From contig CACILL010000003.1 in the NCBI GenBank assembly GCA_902587545.1, forward strand, positions 19,006 to 83,005: 64,000 nucleotides of DNA, written 5' to 3'. The notes under the pieces were generated by a model that was not told the origin of the DNA, searched no databases, and saw only the letters and a program-made list of their open reading frames with translations. Position 1 is the first letter of the stretch, and every line of letters begins with the position of its first letter. Source of the stretch: an uncultured SAR86 cluster bacterium. Lineage in GTDB: Bacteria > Pseudomonadota > Gammaproteobacteria > Magnimaribacterales > AG-339-G14. This document shows positions 59,580 through 64,000 of the stretch, piece after piece. The translations under genes were made by a program, and so were the position numbers.

Positions 59580-59849
59580 GTGAATAAAGCCGAACTAATA
59601 GAAGCAGTTGCAGACGCAACTGATACCTCAAAAGCAGAAGCCAGCAGAACTTTAGATGCTGTGCTAGATTCAATTGCAGGAGCTTTAAGTAATGGAGATT
59701 CCGTTGCACTTGTTGGATTTGGAACCTTCAACGTAAGAGAAAGAGCAGCAAGAATGGGAAGAAATCCAGCTACTGGCGAAACTATTCAAATAGCCGCTTC
59801 TAAAGGCGTAGGTTTCAAGGCCGGTAAAAGTCTCAAAGATAGTTTATAA
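59580..59849 (+). CDS. hupB: DNA-binding protein HU
   Basis: MNKAELI, GFGTF, GRNPATG; GTG start with AGGAG RBS. Confidence 0.96.
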   Translation: MNKAELIEAVADATDTSKAEASRTLDAVLDSIAGALSNGDSVALVGFGTFNVRERAARMGRNPATGETIQIAASKGVGFKAGKSLKDSL

Positions 59850-59860
59850 ACTTATTTTTT

Positions 59861-59893
59861 AAAACGCGTCCTATATTTATAGGGCGCGTTTTT
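59861..59893 (+). terminator. Rho-independent terminator after hupB
   Basis: AAAACGCGTCCTAT-ATTT-ATAGGGCGCGTTTTT hairpin with a T tract. Confidence 0.85.
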
Positions 59894-59909
59894 ATTTTAT
59901 AATCACGAA

Positions 59910-61709
59910 ATGTCTGCACTTCAAAACATAAGGAAAGGTTTATCGTCAACTAGCTCATCCATCATTGTGGCAGTATTAATTTTCGGCTTGGTTGCAACTT
60001 TTGGTGGATTTTTAACTGATCCGTCTGCTCCTTCAAACTCACCATTAAAGATTAATGGTAAAAATATTTCTTTTGGAGAATATAATTTAGAGTTTAGTCG
60101 AATTTCCAGCTTATTTTCTGAAAGCGATGTATCAGAGGAAATAATTAATGAAGTAACCAGAAACTCAATAATTTCAAAAGAGTTGATCTATCAAAAGGCT
60201 CTTGATTTAAAAATGAACGTTTCCGATGATTATGTAAATAGTTTGATTGCAAATGACCTGTCTTTTCAAACAAATGATGAATTCGACACAGCACTTTTTT
60301 CAGGATACATGGCAAGACTTGGTTTGACAGTTAACGATTATAGAGAGCTTGTAAAATCAAAATATTTGGCAAACATCTTAAGCGACTTCATTTCTCGTTC
60401 TGAATTTTCTTTGAATTCATCGGCATTGAATTTCATTCAGGCTACAAATCAACAAAGATCTGTAAGTTTTTTTAAATTGGATCTTATTGAAATCTCTGAA
60501 AAGGAAATAATCCCAGAATCAGAGATCTTAAACTACTATCAACAAAATCAGTTTAGATTTATAGAGCCGAAAAAAGTTGTAGTTAACTACATCTTGTTGA
60601 ATGAAAATATTTATAAAGATTCTTTAGAGGTTTCCACTCAAGAAATTTTAGATGAAAGAATTCTATTAGAGGAGGGCAACGAGAATTCTCAAACAAGAGT
60701 AAGTCATATCCAACTTAGTTTTTCGTCTGATGAAGAAAAGAAAGAAAAATTAAATACAGCTAAGATTATTTTTAAGAAGCTTTCTGAATCTATAACTTTT
60801 GAGTCATTAGTTGAAGAGTATTCTGATGATTTTGGTAGTAACAGTAATGGCGGAGATTTAGGTTACACCGATGGAACAATTCTTCCTGAAGAATTTGAAT
60901 CAGAAATAAAAAATTTATCAGTTGACGATATTTCTCAAATAATAGAAATGCCGGGATCTCTTCATATTTTGAAAGTTACAGAAAAGAATGAATTCTTATT
61001 TTCTGATGCTGAAATAAAAGAAATGATTTTGTCTAATAAATCTCAAGAAATTCTTAATCAAAGTCTCTTAAATATTGAAGATAATTATCTAGGTCTTACT
61101 TTGGATGTTCTTTCTTCTGATTTAAGCCTCAAAATCCAAAAATCAGGACAATTTGATAACGAGAATATCCCAGAAGAACTTCTTTCTTTTAACGTTTCAG
61201 ATGAAATTTTTGATCAAGATGATGTAAGTCCTGAATTTTTTGGACCTTATGAAGATGAAGCGGGTAATTTTCTTTTATTTGAAATTAGTGAAGTAAAGCA
61301 AGAAACTTTGCTTTCTCAATCTGATGCACAGTCAGAAATTACAAAAATACTTCAACTCGATCAAGCAAAAGACACCATTCTCCAAGAGCTAGAAAAATAT
61401 GAAGCCAAAGCAATTGCTAATGAATTATCAGATTTTAACTCTTACTCGTTGATTAAAAGAGACAGTAGCCTTTTACCGGACAATTTACTAAGTGACTTAT
61501 TCAAAGTAGATCTTGAAAATCCAGTTTTTATATCTTCTCAAGAAAATGGAAATATCTATGTAGTTAGGTTAACAAAAATTAAAAACTCTAAAAATCTTGC
61601 AAAGAAGGATGATATTGAGGCGGCTAAGAATTCTTTAAGATCTTTGAATGCAAGATCTTATTTGGATACTTTTTTTAAAGAGTTAGAGTCAGATGCTTTT
61701 ATCAATTAG
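59910..61709 (+). CDS. ppiD: Periplasmic chaperone/PPIase PpiD
   Basis: N-terminal TM, SurA_N-like region, parvulin domain (SHIQ, YSDD..S..NGGDLG); follows hupB. Confidence 0.88.
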   Translation: MSALQNIRKGLSSTSSSIIVAVLIFGLVATFGGFLTDPSAPSNSPLKINGKNISFGEYNLEFSRISSLFSESDVSEEIINEVTRNSIISKELIYQKALDLKMNVSDDYVNSLIANDLSFQTNDEFDTALFSGYMARLGLTVNDYRELVKSKYLANILSDFISRSEFSLNSSALNFIQATNQQRSVSFFKLDLIEISEKEIIPESEILNYYQQNQFRFIEPKKVVVNYILLNENIYKDSLEVSTQEILDERILLEEGNENSQTRVSHIQLSFSSDEEKKEKLNTAKIIFKKLSESITFESLVEEYSDDFGSNSNGGDLGYTDGTILPEEFESEIKNLSVDDISQIIEMPGSLHILKVTEKNEFLFSDAEIKEMILSNKSQEILNQSLLNIEDNYLGLTLDVLSSDLSLKIQKSGQFDNENIPEELLSFNVSDEIFDQDDVSPEFFGPYEDEAGNFLLFEISEVKQETLLSQSDAQSEITKILQLDQAKDTILQELEKYEAKAIANELSDFNSYSLIKRDSSLLPDNLLSDLFKVDLENPVFISSQENGNIYVVRLTKIKNSKNLAKKDDIEAAKNSLRSLNARSYLDTFFKELESDAFIN

Positions 61710-62496
61710 CTTCAGATAAATCACCCATAGCTGTGATGTTAAATCCTGCATCAACATAAAGAATCTCACCAGTTATACCACTTGCTAGGTCTGAACAAAG
61801 GAAAGCAGCTGCATTACCTACCTCTTCAGAAGTGATGTTTCTTTTTAGTGGGGCTCTGGATTCATTGTAAGAGAGCATTTTCTTGAAGCTTTTTACTCCA
61901 GACGCAGCTAATGTTTTTACTGGTCCAGCAGAAATTGCATTTACTCTAATCTGGTCAGCACCCATGCTATTTGCAAGATATCTTGTAGTAGATTCTAAAG
62001 CTGCCTTTGCAACCCCCATGACATTGTAGTTTGGCAAAGTCCTTTGTGCTCCAAGATAAGAGAGAGTTAATAACGAGGCATTTCTGTTTTTCATTAGATG
62101 TTGGGCTTTTTGTGCAAGGGCGGTAAAACTAAAAACACTTATATCATGTGCAATTTTAAATCCCTCTCGAGTAGCTACGTCTACAAAGTTGCCATCAAGT
62201 TCATTTGCTGGCGCAAATCCAACAGCATGAACTATTCCATCTAAATATCCCCATTCATTTTCAATTTCTTTTATGAGTAGCTCTATAGAGCTATCATCAC
62301 TGACATCGCATTCAAAATAGTTTTTACAGCCTAATGGATCACCTACTTGAGTAACTTTTTTTAAGAGTCTTTCACTTTGATAAGACAGAAATAATTCAGC
62401 CCCCTGATCGGACATCGACTTGGCTATACCTGCTGCAATAGAGAATTTATTTGCAACACCAACAATTAGAATTTTTTTCTCTTTGAGAAATGACAT
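61702..62496 (-). CDS. fabI: Enoyl-ACP reductase
   Basis: [32 protein letters not shown]. Confidence 0.96.
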   Translation of the reverse strand: MSFLKEKKILIVGVANKFSIAAGIAKSMSDQGAELFLSYQSERLLKKVTQVGDPLGCKNYFECDVSDDSSIELLIKEIENEWGYLDGIVHAVGFAPANELDGNFVDVATREGFKIAHDISVFSFTALAQKAQHLMKNRNASLLTLSYLGAQRTLPNYNVMGVAKAALESTTRYLANSMGADQIRVNAISAGPVKTLAASGVKSFKKMLSYNESRAPLKRNITSEEVGNAAAFLCSDLASGITGEILYVDAGFNITAMGDLSEAN

Positions 62497-62574
62497 TGAA
62501 GAATAATCTTAACATTGCAATTAATAAAAAAAATTTTTTATCGTTATTTAAATCAAATATAATCACTTTTTTCT

Positions 62575-64000
62575 ATGAGACATTCACTTACATTTTTTTT
62601 ATTCTTTACTTTTTTTGGTACCTTAATTGCGGATGTTTCTGAGGATGTTTATGTAACCGGTAGCGTCATAAAAAAAACTTCGCTTTTGGTTGCAAACCCA
62701 ATAAGCACATTTGATTTAAATGATATTGAAAAGCGCGGAACTCTTCATATTGAAAATTTCCTCAGTTACCTCCCTCAAATCAAGCCAAGTAATTCCAACT
62801 TTCATTCAAATAAAGCTACAGGAACAGCTTCAGTCAGTTTAAGAGGGTTAGGCGGAACTAGGACTTTAATTCTTATAAACGGTAAAAGACTTTCTCCTGG
62901 AACGCCTATGAATGGAACGGCTGAACAAGACTTAAGCCAAATACCTTTTTCTTTGATAAAACAGGTCGATGTTCTTACTGGTGGTAAATCAACTATTTAT
63001 GGATCAGACGCTATAGGCGGCGTAATTAATTTTCAATTAAATAGAAAATTTTCTGGTATTGATCTTTCATACCAACACTCTTTTTACAACCACCAGAATG
63101 AAGACCCAAATTATGGAAGAAAAAATTATGATCTAGCTCCTAATTCTGTCTCAGACGGTCATGCGAATACATTGCAATTTTCTTTGGGATATGAAATTTT
63201 TCAGGATGTTCATTTAACCTCTTATTTTAATTATAGGTCAGTAGATGAAGTGACTTGGTCGCAAAGAGACATAAGTGTTTGCGCATTAAGTGGAAATGCT
63301 GAATGTCGAGCTTCATCAACTTCTCCAGAGGGAAAATTCGTTGAAAATAAAGTTGGTGGAAAAACATTTCACGTAAAAGATAACACCTTTGCTTCAGGCC
63401 CAACATTTTATAATTTTGCATCGAAGAACCATTTACTTAGACCTGATAAAAAAAATGATGTTGGAATTCTTTTAACTTTTGAAAATCTCGAAAAGCATAC
63501 TTTTAATGTTGATTATTTCAAGTCATCACATAAAACAGTTGGCCAATTAGATTATTCTGGTGTTTTTAGATTATCTGTTGATCTCCCATGTAACAACCCT
63601 TTCTTATCGAATCAACAATTTACAGCGATATGTTCTGATAATGGATTGACATTATCGGATACCGCCCCTTTGTATATAAGTAGAAGGAATATTGAAGGAA
63701 ATCCAAGGCAGCAGAATTTTAAGCATTCAACAGATAGGTTTGTGTTTGACGTCGATGGTGAAATCACTAATGAGTGGTTTTATAATTTTAGCTTTCAAAG
63801 TTCTAGAACTACTGCAGACTTCACTTATTTCAATGATATTTCAAAGCAGAGAGCGATAAATGCTCTAAAAGTTTCAGGCACGCCATCAAACCCATTCTGT
63901 GTTTCTGGAAATGATTGCAAGCCATGGAATATTTTCTTAAATAGCGATGGGAATTTGAAGAGTTCGGCTGCCTTGGGCGTCACCAAAGAAGCCTTAGACT
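62575..64000 (+). CDS. TonB-dependent receptor, 3' partial (absent from the ORF track)
   Basis: ATG at 62575 gives MRHSLTFFLFF signal, VYVTGS, SLRGLGGTRTLILINGKR, VDVLTGGKSTIYGSDAIGGVINF plug domain; appears to run off the window end. Confidence 0.92.
   Translation, partial: MRHSLTFFLFFTFFGTLIADVSEDVYVTGSVIKKTSLLVANPISTFDLNDIEKRGTLHIENFLSYLPQIKPSNSNFHSNKATGTASVSLRGLGGTRTLILINGKRLSPGTPMNGTAEQDLSQIPFSLIKQVDVLTGGKSTIYGSDAIGGVINFQLNRKFSGIDLSYQHSFYNHQNEDPNYGRKNYDLAPNSVSDGHANTLQFSLGYEIFQDVHLTSYFNYRSVDEVTWSQRDISVCALSGNAECRASSTSPEGKFVENKVGGKTFHVKDNTFASGPTFYNFASKNHLLRPDKKNDVGILLTFENLEKHTFNVDYFKSSHKTVGQLDYSGVFRLSVDLPCNNPFLSNQQFTAICSDNGLTLSDTAPLYISRRNIEGNPRQQNFKHSTDRFVFDVDGEITNEWFYNFSFQSSRTTADFTYFNDISKQRAINALKVSGTPSNPFCVSGNDCKPWNIFLNSDGNLKSSAALGVTKEALD

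Noticed and set aside
2407-63421. Many 60-140 aa ORFs nested in or antisense to known genes (e.g. 17411-17839, 56633-56974, 63227-63421)
   Set aside because: Shadow frames of well-supported CDSs, with no motifs or RBS.
1-64000. CRISPR arrays, IS elements, prophage, rRNA
   Set aside because: No spaced direct repeats, transposases, phage genes or rRNA-length conserved tracts were seen.

Overview
Very AT-rich, tightly packed chromosomal segment of a streamlined marine gammaproteobacterium. Gene content, synteny and composition point to the SAR86 clade, though this is an inference. It holds about 55 protein genes. Housekeeping blocks are nadA-nadC, recX-dnaX-recR-dcd, purMN/hda, xseA, gpsA-folE-maf, folD and tig-clpP-clpX-lon-hupB-ppiD/fabI. 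Lipid and terpenoid catabolic genes include an EthA-like monooxygenase, enoyl-CoA hydratases, AtuA with a biotin-dependent carboxylase, SDRs, an acyl-CoA synthetase and a patatin. Also present are LexA-controlled umuDC, phoD, a surface metalloprotease, a partial TonB-dependent receptor and six tRNAs. No integrase, transposase, CRISPR or rRNA was seen. The most notable unexplained signals are: (1) a ~230-nt structured, terminator-ended intergenic RNA at ~42.43-42.66 kb carrying a 14-15 nt complement of the 16S rRNA 3' end with no AUG behind it; (2) a reprolysin-type protease whose pro-domain appears to be encoded as a separate convergent gene; (3) an msrAB stop codon lying inside tRNA-Val; (4) an A10 slippage-like tract at the gamma/tau boundary of dnaX.
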